Under the pieces are notes generated by a model. It made no database searches. It was not told the DNA's origin and was given only the letters and a program-made list of their open reading frames with translations. From positions 3,113 through 67,112 of IMG/VR virus record IMGVR_UViG_3300031132_000323: DNA of 64,000 nucleotides; one strand, written 5' to 3'. This DNA is from a virus. This document shows positions 35,701 through 45,105 of the stretch, piece after piece (within the stretch, counting starts at the first letter, position 1; every line of letters begins with the position of its first letter). The translations under genes and the position numbers were made by a program.

Positions 35701-35964
35701 TCATTTTGGTGTAAATGCATTGTTGTTTTGCTCTTGCTTGCGACGATTTTTGATCCACTCGACGCGCTTTTCAGTGCCGGCGTAGTCCTGCTTGAACCGC
35801 GCGCACTTCTTCTTGCCCCATGGGATAAACGGATTGGCCAGCTTCGTGACCGGGTCGTTGTCGTAGCCCATACACCGGCCCAGGCCGACGCGGGCGTGCT
35901 CCGGGTATTCCCGCATTTTGAAGTGCTTGCACAGGGCGCAGATGTCGTTGATCTCTTCGGTCAT
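35701..35964 (-). CDS. Small Cys-containing hypothetical protein
   Basis: CALCKHF...GRC...CARF. Confidence 0.65.
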   Translation of the reverse strand: MTEEINDICALCKHFKMREYPEHARVGLGRCMGYDNDPVTKLANPFIPWGKKKCARFKQDYAGTEKRVEWIKNRRKQEQNNNAFTPK

Positions 35965-36659
35965 GCAGCGCGGCCCAAGTCTTTGAGCATCTTGGTCAAT
36001 CCCTCAGGCCGGCCGGCGCGGCGCGGCGGCGCCTCGGGCGTTTGAGTCGGGATCGGCGCGGCCGGCGGCGGCGTGACGATCTGCGCCAGGCGCGGCGGCG
36101 CGGGCGGCTTGCCGCCGTTATCGATCGCAGCGCGGATGCGCGCCTCCCAGCTGTCCAGGGACTCGCCGAAGTGCGCAGGCCCAACCCCCACCTCGATCGC
36201 CTTAGCCAGCCGCGTGGCGTCAGACTTCCACCAGGCGCCGGCGCCGGCTGGCTTCGGCTCGGCAGCCGTCGCGCGCACGATCCACAGCTGGTCCCACTTG
36301 TCGCGCAGCTTAGCCGGCGACAGGATGTTCGCGCGCCAGAACCGGTCTTTCTGCGCCCACTGGAACAGCTCACAGATTTCGCTGCGCTTGCGGCCGTCGC
36401 GCTCACGCATGAGGCGAACGTCTTCCGCCCAGGCCTTGAAGTTCGGCTGCCTCGCCTTCGGCATCGTTTCGAGCAGCAGGTCGAACAGGCAGCGCGCGCA
36501 CTTCTCGTCGTTCGGGTCGACCTCGCGCGCCGCCTTGGCCGCCTTCGTTTTCTTTTCCACCTTCGCTGCCAGATCCAACAGCTCGAGCAGCGTCTCGGAT
36601 GGGACAAGCACGGCCGGCGTGGTTTGCGCGGCCTGGCGAAGGGCTTCGTGGCTAAGCAT
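35961..36659 (-). CDS. Replication-protein-like (conserved phage replication C-terminal domain)
   Basis: WAEDVRLMRERDGR...ICELFQWAQKDRFWRANILSPAKLRDKWDQL. Confidence 0.75.
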   Translation of the reverse strand: MLSHEALRQAAQTTPAVLVPSETLLELLDLAAKVEKKTKAAKAAREVDPNDEKCARCLFDLLLETMPKARQPNFKAWAEDVRLMRERDGRKRSEICELFQWAQKDRFWRANILSPAKLRDKWDQLWIVRATAAEPKPAGAGAWWKSDATRLAKAIEVGVGPAHFGESLDSWEARIRAAIDNGGKPPAPPRLAQIVTPPPAAPIPTQTPEAPPRRAGRPEGLTKMLKDLGRAA

Positions 36660-37353
36660 GGGCGCCCTCCCCGATGTTCGCGTAGCGTTTCGCCAGGAAC
36701 ACTTGGCCGGCACCAGTCACCATCGTCGTGAAGGTCGGGTGCGTCACGCCCTTGCTGTCGGTATATGGGTGCTGCTCGTCTACCTCGAAATAACCGCGGT
36801 CGAGGTACTTCTGATAGGGCAAATTGTTATCCAGAAGGATGCCGTCAGCGCGCAACCGCTTGAAGAACCGGTTCTGCCCGAAGCCAAGGGCTTTGGCAAC
36901 CTTCCCGATGTGGCAAGTGCCATCAGCCGCACGGACCGCCTCTGCAAAGGCCACCTTCGGCGCGTCGGCGGCGATCTTTGCGTCCAGCTCGATCACCTTT
37001 TCCGAATACTGCAGCAGCAGGCCGCGCAGCGCGTGCGGGTCGGACAGATCGGGCATCGCCGGCACAGCGGCCTCCAGCTCCATCCAGCGGTCGACGATCC
37101 GGCCGGTGAACTCCGGCGACAGCCGGGCGACCAGGACCAGCGAGTCCCGCTTGTTCAACCGGTGCTCCGGGTACTCGACGCCGTTCTGCTCGTGGCGGTA
37201 GCGGGTCTCCACAGATTGTGTAACCCCCTGCTCGACTAGTTCGCGCGCGGTGCGCAGCACCTGGTCGTGGCGCCGTCCGGTCAGTTCAGCGACTTCGCGG
37301 CTCGACATCGTCTGCTCGGCGCCGGTGTTTTGCAGGTTCAGCATGCTTCCCAT
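36652..37353 (-). CDS. Rha/KilAC(ANT) antirepressor-like protein
   Basis: TMSSREVAELTGRRHDQVLR; PKVAFAEAV...NLPYQKYLDRGYF...VTGAGQVFL. Confidence 0.9.
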   Translation of the reverse strand: MGSMLNLQNTGAEQTMSSREVAELTGRRHDQVLRTARELVEQGVTQSVETRYRHEQNGVEYPEHRLNKRDSLVLVARLSPEFTGRIVDRWMELEAAVPAMPDLSDPHALRGLLLQYSEKVIELDAKIAADAPKVAFAEAVRAADGTCHIGKVAKALGFGQNRFFKRLRADGILLDNNLPYQKYLDRGYFEVDEQHPYTDSKGVTHPTFTTMVTGAGQVFLAKRYANIGEGAHA

Positions 37354-37369
37354 GTCGTTTTCCTTTCTA

Positions 37370-38017
37370 TTACATCAGCGCCGAGAACCAGGTCTGCGGG
37401 TTCTTGCGCATTCGGTTTCGCTGCAGAAGCAGGCCGTGCCGGTGCGGATCGGCCTTCAGCTTCTGCCAGGCGCGGGCGCCCTTCTCTCGCTGCGACTGCG
37501 ACCCAGGACGCGGGGCATCTTGGCCGGCGCCGGCCGCATACACCGGAGATCGCCATGCGCCCGTCGCGTCTTGCCTCCACCCACTTATGTGGATCCGGCC
37601 GGCGGCGTGCATGTCGAACACATAGATGCGCGCTCGCTGCAGCAGCATCTCCTTGACCACTTCGGCGGCCGTCATCGGTCGGATACGCAACTTCCGCAGG
37701 ATCTTTTTGTACTGATCCTCGGCAGTGATTCGACCCTTCGGCGCGCGAGACTTCTCGTACTTGGCATCCTCCTTGTCACCCAGGGCATACTTCGGCGCTG
37801 CCTTGTGCCCGTCCGGGTTCGGCTCGAAGCCGGAGATGTGCACCAAGCGCGGTCTCTCGGCCATCATCTCCTGCAGGTATTTCTGAATACCGCTGCGCGA
37901 GAGGTGCAGCTTGTCGCCCAGCTGCTGGGACGTCAGCGCCTCGACCTCCAGTGCGGAGAGGATGCGGCCGAGTTGGTACGCACGCCGCGGGTCAGGGTTG
38001 TTGGCTGCGCGCGTCAT
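37370..38017 (-). CDS. Tandem winged-HTH protein
   Basis: Two repeats ending (V/I)HISG(F/W)...P.YA.G...DA. Confidence 0.7.
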   Translation of the reverse strand: MTRAANNPDPRRAYQLGRILSALEVEALTSQQLGDKLHLSRSGIQKYLQEMMAERPRLVHISGFEPNPDGHKAAPKYALGDKEDAKYEKSRAPKGRITAEDQYKKILRKLRIRPMTAAEVVKEMLLQRARIYVFDMHAAGRIHISGWRQDATGAWRSPVYAAGAGQDAPRPGSQSQREKGARAWQKLKADPHRHGLLLQRNRMRKNPQTWFSALM

Positions 38018-38424
38018 TAGGCGAAGGTCGCTTCTGTGTGCGCCGGCTCGCCGAACGGGCGCGCCACCGGCTTCGCCTCGTCGTACGGCAACCAGGTCAG
38101 CGACGGCACGCCATCCTTCAGGACCACGGCGCCGTGCTTGTCGATCTTCGGGCCGCGGTACATGAGGCGCGTCAGCTTGACGTCACCCGGAGATGCGGCG
38201 ATCCAGTCATGGCAAAACTGCGGGGCGTCGAGCTCGGGCGAGATTCGGACCTGCTTTTCCGACTCCTCGAACATTCGGTCAGCCTCGACCGCCACACAAG
38301 CGCCCCACTCCGGTGCGGTCATCTCGCGCTTCAGCTCCTTGCTGTAGGTCGGGACGGCTTTCTCTGCCAGCTTCCGGCATACCTGCCGGCTCACACCAAA
38401 AACACAAAATGCACCCATGGTCAT
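38017..38424 (-). CDS. Hypothetical protein
   Basis: 135-aa ORF with overlapping stop/start. Confidence 0.65.
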   Translation of the reverse strand: MTMGAFCVFGVSRQVCRKLAEKAVPTYSKELKREMTAPEWGACVAVEADRMFEESEKQVRISPELDAPQFCHDWIAASPGDVKLTRLMYRGPKIDKHGAVVLKDGVPSLTWLPYDEAKPVARPFGEPAHTEATFA

Positions 38425-38957
38425 AACTCCGTAGTGATTTGTTCAGTGGCCGCGCCGACCGGCAGCAGGCCCTTCGTTTTGAGGATTTCTTGACTCTCGG
38501 CCCGCGCCGCATCGAACCGCGCGTCGACCGCCTCGCGCGGCACGCGGCCCGCATACCCGCCATCCAGCCATGCATGACATTCCGAGCATCCGTAGCAGCC
38601 GTGATGGTCTGGCGCCTTCAGGCCCATGCCCTTCCCGTCTTCGAGGCGGTTGGAGTGGCACCAGGCCGTGGTTTCCGGGTTGCGGTTGCAGATACCCGGG
38701 AAGCGCAGCGTGCAGTCCTGGCCGCGCGCCGAGGCGCGGATCGGCGTCATCTTCGGGCGGCTCGATTTCATCGGCTTGCGAGACTTCGCCGGCTTGGCTT
38801 CGCGATCGCGCGCCTTGGCCTGAACCGCAGCGACACGTAGCAGGCCCGCGCCGGCGGCGGGGGTCTTGCTGCTGGCGCGCGAGAATCCGACCTGGCGCAT
38901 CGGCGTGCGGCGTGCGAGCGGCTTGGCGCCGGGCTTGAGGGGTGAGCGGCGCATCAT
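38421..38957 (-). CDS. DUF1364/YbcO-like nuclease-domain protein
   Basis: SARGQDCTLRFPGICNRNPETTAWCH...GKGMGLK..D..GCYGCSECHAWLDG. Confidence 0.88.
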   Translation of the reverse strand: MMRRSPLKPGAKPLARRTPMRQVGFSRASSKTPAAGAGLLRVAAVQAKARDREAKPAKSRKPMKSSRPKMTPIRASARGQDCTLRFPGICNRNPETTAWCHSNRLEDGKGMGLKAPDHHGCYGCSECHAWLDGGYAGRVPREAVDARFDAARAESQEILKTKGLLPVGAATEQITTEL

Positions 38958-38968
38958 GATACGATTCC

Positions 38969-39622
38969 ATGATGACAACCAAACTCCGTGAGATTACAGG
39001 CTCGCCTGGCTTCATCCTGTACGCGACAGCCATCTTGGCAATTCTTACCTTCGTGGTCGGCAGTCACTACAATTTGACGCGTGCTGACTGGCCCGGATGG
39101 CTGCAGGCAGTAGGCTCTGTGTGGGCGATTCTTGTGGCCGTCTGGGTTCCTTGGCAACAGAATGAGGCGCACGAACGGCGAGAAAAGCAGAAAGAATCTG
39201 ATGAAATTAACTCGCTCTTGCGACTGATTCGAACAGAAATTTCCCTCATATTTGAACGAGTAACAGATATTTTCGGCGCTAGACTGGAAAATCTCGCTCC
39301 GGGAGAGCCACATTTGGTTCACCAGCCGGTGCCAGACGATCCATTTAAAATTTATAACGCCCTGCTCCCAAAGCTTGGAATAATTCGCGATGACCGCACG
39401 CGAGATCAGATCGTTCGGACCTATAGATTTGCCACCGGATTTTTCCTCTCTATTCACCTCAATAACCGTTTGATAGATGAATGGCATCACAGTAAGATCA
39501 GCTCGGATGAAGTAGCTATCGAAACAAGGTATAAAGATCTGGTCACGCATTGCCGGCCGCTCCGAGAAGGCTATCGCCTGACCAAACAGGAAGTGGAGAA
39601 GCTGCTTCTGCTCCTGACATAA
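38969..39622 (+). CDS. Low-GC membrane-anchored moron protein, antisense to the early operon
   Basis: Two N-terminal TM segments, WPGWLQAVGSVWAILVAVWVP; AT-richer than flanks. Confidence 0.7.
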   Translation: MMTTKLREITGSPGFILYATAILAILTFVVGSHYNLTRADWPGWLQAVGSVWAILVAVWVPWQQNEAHERREKQKESDEINSLLRLIRTEISLIFERVTDIFGARLENLAPGEPHLVHQPVPDDPFKIYNALLPKLGIIRDDRTRDQIVRTYRFATGFFLSIHLNNRLIDEWHHSKISSDEVAIETRYKDLVTHCRPLREGYRLTKQEVEKLLLLLT

Positions 39623-39759
39623 AGAGTCCAGTGACATCGACGGACTTTTGATATAACCACGTCCTTCGGTAGGAGGCGACTGCACTTCATGCGCGTTGCT
39701 TAGACAGGAATGGCTGCGCGCGCACTTGTGGATGCCTATGCGAGTGGTAGCGCTACAGA

Positions 39760-40533
39760 TCATCCCGCCACCCGCTTGAACTCGACCACCCACACCCAAG
39801 GGTTAGCGTCCCAGCTGCCAGCGCCGTTGATGCTCTCCCACAGCTTCTCGTACGCTTGCGCCGGCGACGGGCCGATCGGCGGCTTGACGCCGGCTGCGAC
39901 GGCTTCCTCGAACAGGTAACGCCATTCCGGAAAGTGCTCGCGGTCCCAGGCTTTGCTGCGGATATGCGTCGCACCCTCGGCAATAGCGTCGACCTCGCTG
40001 ATGTCCTGCAGCCGCTCGACGCGCACCGACACGATCTCCAGCAGGACGCGGCTGGCCCAGCGCGGCATATGGATGCTGGGGCGCCATTTACGGTCACGCG
40101 CGTGGTTATCGATGTCCCAGTTCCCCGGTAGCGACAGATCAGCCCAAATTTCCTCGACCTCGTCGGCTTTTTCGCCAGGAACGATCGGCCAGGCGACGCC
40201 GCCGTCAGCCTGATAACGAATGCAGGGCGCTCCATCATCGGTCCAGTTGTAATACTGATGTGCCTCACGAACCCACAGGCGGTCACCGATCTGGCCATGC
40301 GGGCAAACATCGGGACAAAACCCGCCCCAGCCGCCATGCTTGTTCTGCAGCTCCTGCTCTACATGCACCATCGACTGAACGATATTGCTCGGCCACCAAT
40401 GCCCGGCGCGGCCGGGATAGTCCGACGGCGTTGGCTCGGGCTGCGGCTTCATGATCCGCCGCGTCTGCTTCTTGCTGCCGTCCAGGATGGCGCGGACCAT
40501 CGGGCCGGTGAAGAGGATTGGACGCTCTTTCAT
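39760..40533 (-). CDS. ASCH/PUA-like phage protein
   Basis: ERPILFTGPMVRAILDGSKKQTRR...GDRLWVRE...WRPSIHMPRWASR...RVERLQDIS...NPWVWVVEF. Confidence 0.88.
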   Translation of the reverse strand: MKERPILFTGPMVRAILDGSKKQTRRIMKPQPEPTPSDYPGRAGHWWPSNIVQSMVHVEQELQNKHGGWGGFCPDVCPHGQIGDRLWVREAHQYYNWTDDGAPCIRYQADGGVAWPIVPGEKADEVEEIWADLSLPGNWDIDNHARDRKWRPSIHMPRWASRVLLEIVSVRVERLQDISEVDAIAEGATHIRSKAWDREHFPEWRYLFEEAVAAGVKPPIGPSPAQAYEKLWESINGAGSWDANPWVWVVEFKRVAG

Positions 40534-40949
40534 GGCTCGGTCCTTCCGATGGTCTTGATGCTCACTGACTCACGCACCGACCAAGCCGGCACATCCGCGC
40601 GCGGGCCGCGGCGATCCGGGATGTAGCGCTTGCTCAGGCCCTGGCTGGCGAAGATGCTCGGGCGGTACGCTGGCGGCGTCATTTCGCCGACGTACTTCTC
40701 CTTCGGCTTCTGGGCTTCGAAGTGACGCTTTGAGTACTCGGTCAGCTCGATGTGGCCCGACGGCGTCTCGCGCAGCCAGCCGGTCTCGAAGGCCTCGCGC
40801 AGCTTGTTCTCGCGGTTGTTGCTCGGGCCGAAGTCCATGGCGGCGAACAGCTCGACGCGCTGCATCGGGCCGGCTTTATCGATGATAGCCGCCGCGGTGT
40901 AGATGTCGGCACTGCGGCCTGGGGTGGCTTGAATAAGGGCGGTGATCAT
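40530..40949 (-). CDS. Hypothetical protein
   Basis: 139-aa ORF, ATGA overlaps. Confidence 0.65.
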   Translation of the reverse strand: MITALIQATPGRSADIYTAAAIIDKAGPMQRVELFAAMDFGPSNNRENKLREAFETGWLRETPSGHIELTEYSKRHFEAQKPKEKYVGEMTPPAYRPSIFASQGLSKRYIPDRRGPRADVPAWSVRESVSIKTIGRTEP

Positions 40950-41059
40950 GCGGGCCTCCGGATTGTGTAACCCTCAAACTTGCAGCCTTTAAGGTGCGGC
41001 TGGTCTGCGGTCTGGCGGCAGCCGATGCAGCGCCATTCGGATTGGTGGATGTAAGTCAT
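40946..41059 (-). CDS. 37-aa Cys/His microprotein (missing from the ORF track)
   Basis: MTYIHQSEWRCIGCRQTADQPHLKGCKF; ATGA overlaps with both neighbours. Confidence 0.55.
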   Translation of the reverse strand: MTYIHQSEWRCIGCRQTADQPHLKGCKFEGYTIRRPA

Positions 41060-41529
41060 GACGCCCGCGCCTCCATCCTCGCAGGCCCGGCGCCGAACAG
41101 CGCAGCAACCATCGGGTCACGCGCCGGCGCAGCGCGGCTGACGCGGACCGCGTAGTGCTCGTCGTCGCTCAGGATGTGGAAGTGCCGGCGCGGGTCGCGC
41201 GCTGCGATTTCCATGCTCGAGGCCCGCACCGGGCGCACCGCGGTGACGTCGCACAGGCTTTCGAGGCAGGCAGCGATCGCTTCCGGGGTCGCTGTGAGCC
41301 GGTAGACGCCCGGCTTCAGCGGCCATGTGACGGCGGCTTCGCAGTGAAGGATCGTCAGGTGCTCTCGCAGGTCTGCGATGTACGTGCGCGCAGCAGATTC
41401 GCCGATGCCCAGCAGCTTGGCGATCTCGCCGCGCGGCATCTCGCGAACCGTCAGGGCTTCCACCAGTTTGCGGAGGTTCGCCGCGCGGGCGGCGGTGTGG
41501 CTGTTGGGGGTGGAGTGAGAGCGGGTCAT
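41056..41529 (-). CDS. HTH DNA-binding protein
   Basis: MPRGEIAKLLGIGESAARTYIADLR. Confidence 0.7.
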   Translation of the reverse strand: MTRSHSTPNSHTAARAANLRKLVEALTVREMPRGEIAKLLGIGESAARTYIADLREHLTILHCEAAVTWPLKPGVYRLTATPEAIAACLESLCDVTAVRPVRASSMEIAARDPRRHFHILSDDEHYAVRVSRAAPARDPMVAALFGAGPARMEARAS

Positions 41530-42620
41530 GCGGCTTCCTTCGCGCGAACGATTTCAATGACTTTGTTTTGCCCTGCATCCCAACCACGCACCTCTTGGGC
41601 AGTGAACTTGCCCGCTTGAGATTGGTCGGCGGTGTAGCCGCAGAACCCCGCGCGGTGATACAGCTGGTGGCCGTAGTGCCAGACGTTGAACAGCGGCTGA
41701 TCGCCTGGAAACAAGATGTCGCGCAGCTGGGCAGCGCGTTCAAACCGCATCTCCTTGACAGCCTTGGTCATCTCGCCTTCCAGGCGCTTGCGCCGGAGGT
41801 CGTCATTACGCTTGACGCGGACATTGCCCGGGCTTTTCACGTAGACCTGGTTGTGCCAGACGTAGGCGAGGTCGTATCGACCGCTCACGATTTGCCAGTT
41901 GCCATTCAGGCTGTAGAACGCGAGGCCGGTGACGACACGGCCGTTGCGAGTGATCGCATAGACCGGCATGCCGTTCTCGAGCTGGTAACCGTCTGCCGAT
42001 TGGTCATCGCCGTTGTTGGAGATCTTTGCGCGGTCGAGCGATGCCACGTAATGGCCCGACGTGCGACGGCTATGAGCCGCATACTCGAGCGCGGTCACGC
42101 CATTGAAGCCGAGTTCTGGATCGGACGGCTTGAACGCATACTCGGCAAATACGTTGCACAGGTAGTCGCGGATGCGGCGCCGCGCGCGCTCCATCTCAAG
42201 GCGCAACAGGTACGGCATGCACCTCTCCTTGTTCGGCTGGTAGCGCCCGTCGTGGTCAGGCCGGTCAGGAGCGTAGACGTTCTGAAACATGTCCAGCTTG
42301 ATGCAGCGGCCGCTGATTTCCAGTTCAGCCTTGAGGTCGCCTTTATTGCAGATGCGGCGACGCTCGGCCGCCCATCTGGCGACTTTTCCGCCATAGTGCT
42401 TGACGTCGTGAGGATCGATAGCCGGCATGGTGCAGGTCCAGCCCAGGCGGTTAAGGGACTGGACGATCCGCGCGAACACATCGCGCTTGAACTTGCGCTC
42501 CCACGCCTGCTCACCGGCAAATCCACCTGCGGCGCGCGCCGCGCTGATGCCCTCCTCCCAGATGTGCAGGCTGGCGTCGCCGAAGCTGACGGTGCCGGCG
42601 CGATCGATGAGCGTGCTCAT
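41526..42620 (-). CDS. Hypothetical protein with UVR (UvrB/UvrC-type) coiled-coil motif
   Basis: LEGEMTKAVKEMRFERAAQLRDIL. Confidence 0.7.
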   Translation of the reverse strand: MSTLIDRAGTVSFGDASLHIWEEGISAARAAGGFAGEQAWERKFKRDVFARIVQSLNRLGWTCTMPAIDPHDVKHYGGKVARWAAERRRICNKGDLKAELEISGRCIKLDMFQNVYAPDRPDHDGRYQPNKERCMPYLLRLEMERARRRIRDYLCNVFAEYAFKPSDPELGFNGVTALEYAAHSRRTSGHYVASLDRAKISNNGDDQSADGYQLENGMPVYAITRNGRVVTGLAFYSLNGNWQIVSGRYDLAYVWHNQVYVKSPGNVRVKRNDDLRRKRLEGEMTKAVKEMRFERAAQLRDILFPGDQPLFNVWHYGHQLYHRAGFCGYTADQSQAGKFTAQEVRGWDAGQNKVIEIVRAKEAA

Positions 42621-43108
42621 TGCGCACCGCCGATCACGACACGCGCGGCCGCATCCAGGTCCAGGTCCGTCACCTTGTGGGGCTGGATGTTCTCGACGCC
42701 GAAGAACTCCGGCGGGCATGACAGGTGCATCCAGGCGCGCAGGGCGCCGTTAAGGATCTTCTTGCTCGACTCGCTGACGTCGGGATAGCCAGATGCCATC
42801 TCGTCGCCAAGGATCGATTTGACGCGGGCAGCTACGATCGCGATGACATCGTCTGCCGTGATCAGGTCGGCCAGCTTGATTTCCTTCGTGTCAGCCGAGT
42901 AGACGGTATCCCCCGGCCGCAGCCAGTCGTTCAGGATCACGAGGTTTGACAGCGCTGCTGTGTCGAAGTCTTCCTGCGTGGTCGACCATCCCTTTTGCGC
43001 AACCAGTGTAGTGCGGACGTTTTCCCAGTGGGCCGAGCGCGCAGCCAGGGCGGCCGAAGCTTGATCTTCACCGGTTTGCGACGCCGGATTTAAGTTTTCT
43101 GCTAACAT
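42617..43108 (-). CDS. Hypothetical protein
   Basis: GGAG RBS, start MLAENLN. Confidence 0.6.
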   Translation of the reverse strand: MLAENLNPASQTGEDQASAALAARSAHWENVRTTLVAQKGWSTTQEDFDTAALSNLVILNDWLRPGDTVYSADTKEIKLADLITADDVIAIVAARVKSILGDEMASGYPDVSESSKKILNGALRAWMHLSCPPEFFGVENIQPHKVTDLDLDAAARVVIGGAQ

Positions 43109-43163
43109 GCGATCTCCAATGCGTTGTACTTGTTTCAGGAAGCCCGGTTGCCGCCGGGCTTTT

Positions 43164-43568
43164 TCATTGCTGGGACTGCTGTTCAACCAGTCTCCGGTAG
43201 CTCTCACGACTCATTACGTGGCCGGGCTCGATCGGGATTGCTGCCGCCATAGGCGGAAGGTCGATCAGGCCTCGGATCACCGCAGCGCTTTCAGCGCGCG
43301 ACAGCATCAGATCGCCAGCGCACCCAGACTCTTCGCTTGGCCGCGCCTTCAACGACCACTTCCCGCTGCTCTTCTTCGCGCCGATCTTGCGCAGCAGCGG
43401 CGTCACTGCGGAGCCGAAGCCCGAGCCATTCCACATGCACCAGGCTTCGCCAATGCGCTCGGCGATCTGGATCGGGCTGAGTGGCTCACTGGCGGCCCGC
43501 AACACCTCGCGCACCCGCTCCTTGCGCGCTTCCTCGGTCATCGCCGCCGGCTTGTTCGTTTGATTCAA
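43164..43568 (-). CDS. Hypothetical winged-HTH-like protein
   Basis: AAGGAGG plus TTG start; VREVLRAASEPLSPIQIAERIG. Confidence 0.55.
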   Translation of the reverse strand: MNQTNKPAAMTEEARKERVREVLRAASEPLSPIQIAERIGEAWCMWNGSGFGSAVTPLLRKIGAKKSSGKWSLKARPSEESGCAGDLMLSRAESAAVIRGLIDLPPMAAAIPIEPGHVMSRESYRRLVEQQSQQ

Positions 43569-43641
43569 GTGCCCTCCTTTCATGACGGCCCGCATATCCG
43601 CTGACGCGCGCCGGGTTATCGTGGTATTGGTGGGGTGCGGT

Positions 43642-43929
43642 CTACTCGGACGCTTGACCGCGGAAGTGCTTGCGGCGATCGCCCATCAGCGCGCGCAGAT
43701 CCTTGATCTCGATGCCCGAGACTTCATGCATGCGGATCAGGGCCATGGCACCCACCGGCAACCGGCCGTGGCGGATCTTGCTGATCACCGGCGGGGCGAG
43801 TTCCAGGGCGCGCGCCAGGGCTGCGTCGTTCTTCAGGTTCAGATGCTTCGTCACCGCATCGAGCAGTGCGCCCGGATCCGGGTTGAACTCTTCGGCCTGG
43901 CCGGCCGGTGCTGCAGCTGCTGCGGTCAT
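43642..43929 (-). CDS. XRE-type HTH protein
   Basis: LLDAV..HLNLKNDAALARALELAPPVISKIRHGRLPVGA..LIRMHE. Confidence 0.8.
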   Translation of the reverse strand: MTAAAAAPAGQAEEFNPDPGALLDAVTKHLNLKNDAALARALELAPPVISKIRHGRLPVGAMALIRMHEVSGIEIKDLRALMGDRRKHFRGQASE

Positions 43930-43988
43930 TGCTCTCCCCCTGGTGGTGTTGGTATTGGTGGCGACACCCCTGTCGCCTGGGTTGCTGC

Positions 43989-44567
43989 TCACTTCGAAAC
44001 CGTTTCGGCCATGCCGGCGAGCGCCGCTTCCATCGAATGCTTCGCTGCGGTGTCGGCCTCGATGGATTCGTTCACTTCCTTGATGGCGTGCTGCAGCGCT
44101 TCGGGCGTTTGCTGAATGGCAGCCGTCACCACCGCCGCCTTGGCCTCCGCGCCTTCCTTGATCATGTGCTGGAGGTGGGCCATGCCATCGAACGGCGCCG
44201 GCGTCACCGGCTGCAGGCTTCGGGCCTCGACGCCCAGTGGGCGGTACATCTGGTTCAGGCAGTGCAGCTTCACGTCGAGCGGCAGCGCGGCCAGGATGCT
44301 CGGCACGATCCCAGCCGGCAGCGGGCAGCCCTCGTCCAGCCAGCGGAACAGCTTCTGCGCGGCCTTCTTGGCCTGGGTGTAGGTGTCACCCGAGAAGGTG
44401 AATTCCACGCCGGTTGCGGCCTCGCCGCCCAGCGCCTGGTGCGCCTCCATCACCATCGCGGCGAACGCCTCGCGGCTCATGCAGGTGATGGTGTTGGCGC
44501 GGCGCCAGGCCTCGATTTCGGCGCGGAGGATGCCGGCGACACTCTGGGGGCGAGGATTCATATTCAT
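43989..44567 (-). CDS. CII-like (YdaT-type) transcriptional regulator
   Basis: Position after cro; AQKLFRWLD...PSILAALP motif. Confidence 0.7.
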   Translation of the reverse strand: MNMNPRPQSVAGILRAEIEAWRRANTITCMSREAFAAMVMEAHQALGGEAATGVEFTFSGDTYTQAKKAAQKLFRWLDEGCPLPAGIVPSILAALPLDVKLHCLNQMYRPLGVEARSLQPVTPAPFDGMAHLQHMIKEGAEAKAAVVTAAIQQTPEALQHAIKEVNESIEADTAAKHSMEAALAGMAETVSK

Positions 44568-44765
44568 GACTGTTTCCTTTTATTCACTTAATCTGGGAAC
44601 ACTGAATTTCGACAACAGCAGAGGCCCAAAAAATGCCCGCTTCCCAAGCTTTCGTACTGATGAACCTTGATCTGATCGCCGTGCCGCTCCAGGTGGGCGC
44701 CGCCGGTGTGGTCACGATCTACTGCGGCCAGCGCCGGGCCGCACACCTCCGCCGCAGCCCATCCC

Positions 44766-45011
44766 CTAGTCAGTTGCGCGCCGTTGAGGCGCCTCAGCCC
44801 CATCCGCAGCTGGCGGCGTCCAGATGTCCGGACGCAGGCCGCCGAGCGTAAGCTTCGGCTCAGCCTCTACCAGTCTCTTCGAGAGACCGGGAGATGGCCG
44901 ACGATGGCCGCCACCTATCAAATAGAAGTAGCCGACCGAAGACTTCACGGCGACCGCCAGGGCTTCGCGCTGTTCGGGCGTCGCCTGCTGCAGGTAAGTT
45001 TTCATGTCCAT
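44766..45011 (-). CDS. cro: Cro/YdaS-like repressor
   Basis: EALAVAVKSSVGYFYLIGGGHRRPSP...LRPDIW; divergent from cI. Confidence 0.88.
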   Translation of the reverse strand: MDMKTYLQQATPEQREALAVAVKSSVGYFYLIGGGHRRPSPGLSKRLVEAEPKLTLGGLRPDIWTPPAADGAEAPQRRATD

Positions 45012-45018
45012 GCGATTT

Positions 45019-45087
45019 ACTTTACCAAAAAGATAAAGCAAACACAAGTATGAGTTTATCTTTTTGGTTGTTTATCGTATTGGTAAA
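45019..45087. promoter_or_regulatory. oR operators and pR promoter
   Basis: 17-bp TTTATC-N5-GGTAAA-like sites at 45021-45037, 45055-45071, 45071-45087; minus-strand TTGTGT-17-TAAAGT. Confidence 0.85.
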
Positions 45088-45105
45088 AACAACGATGATG
45101 CCGCG

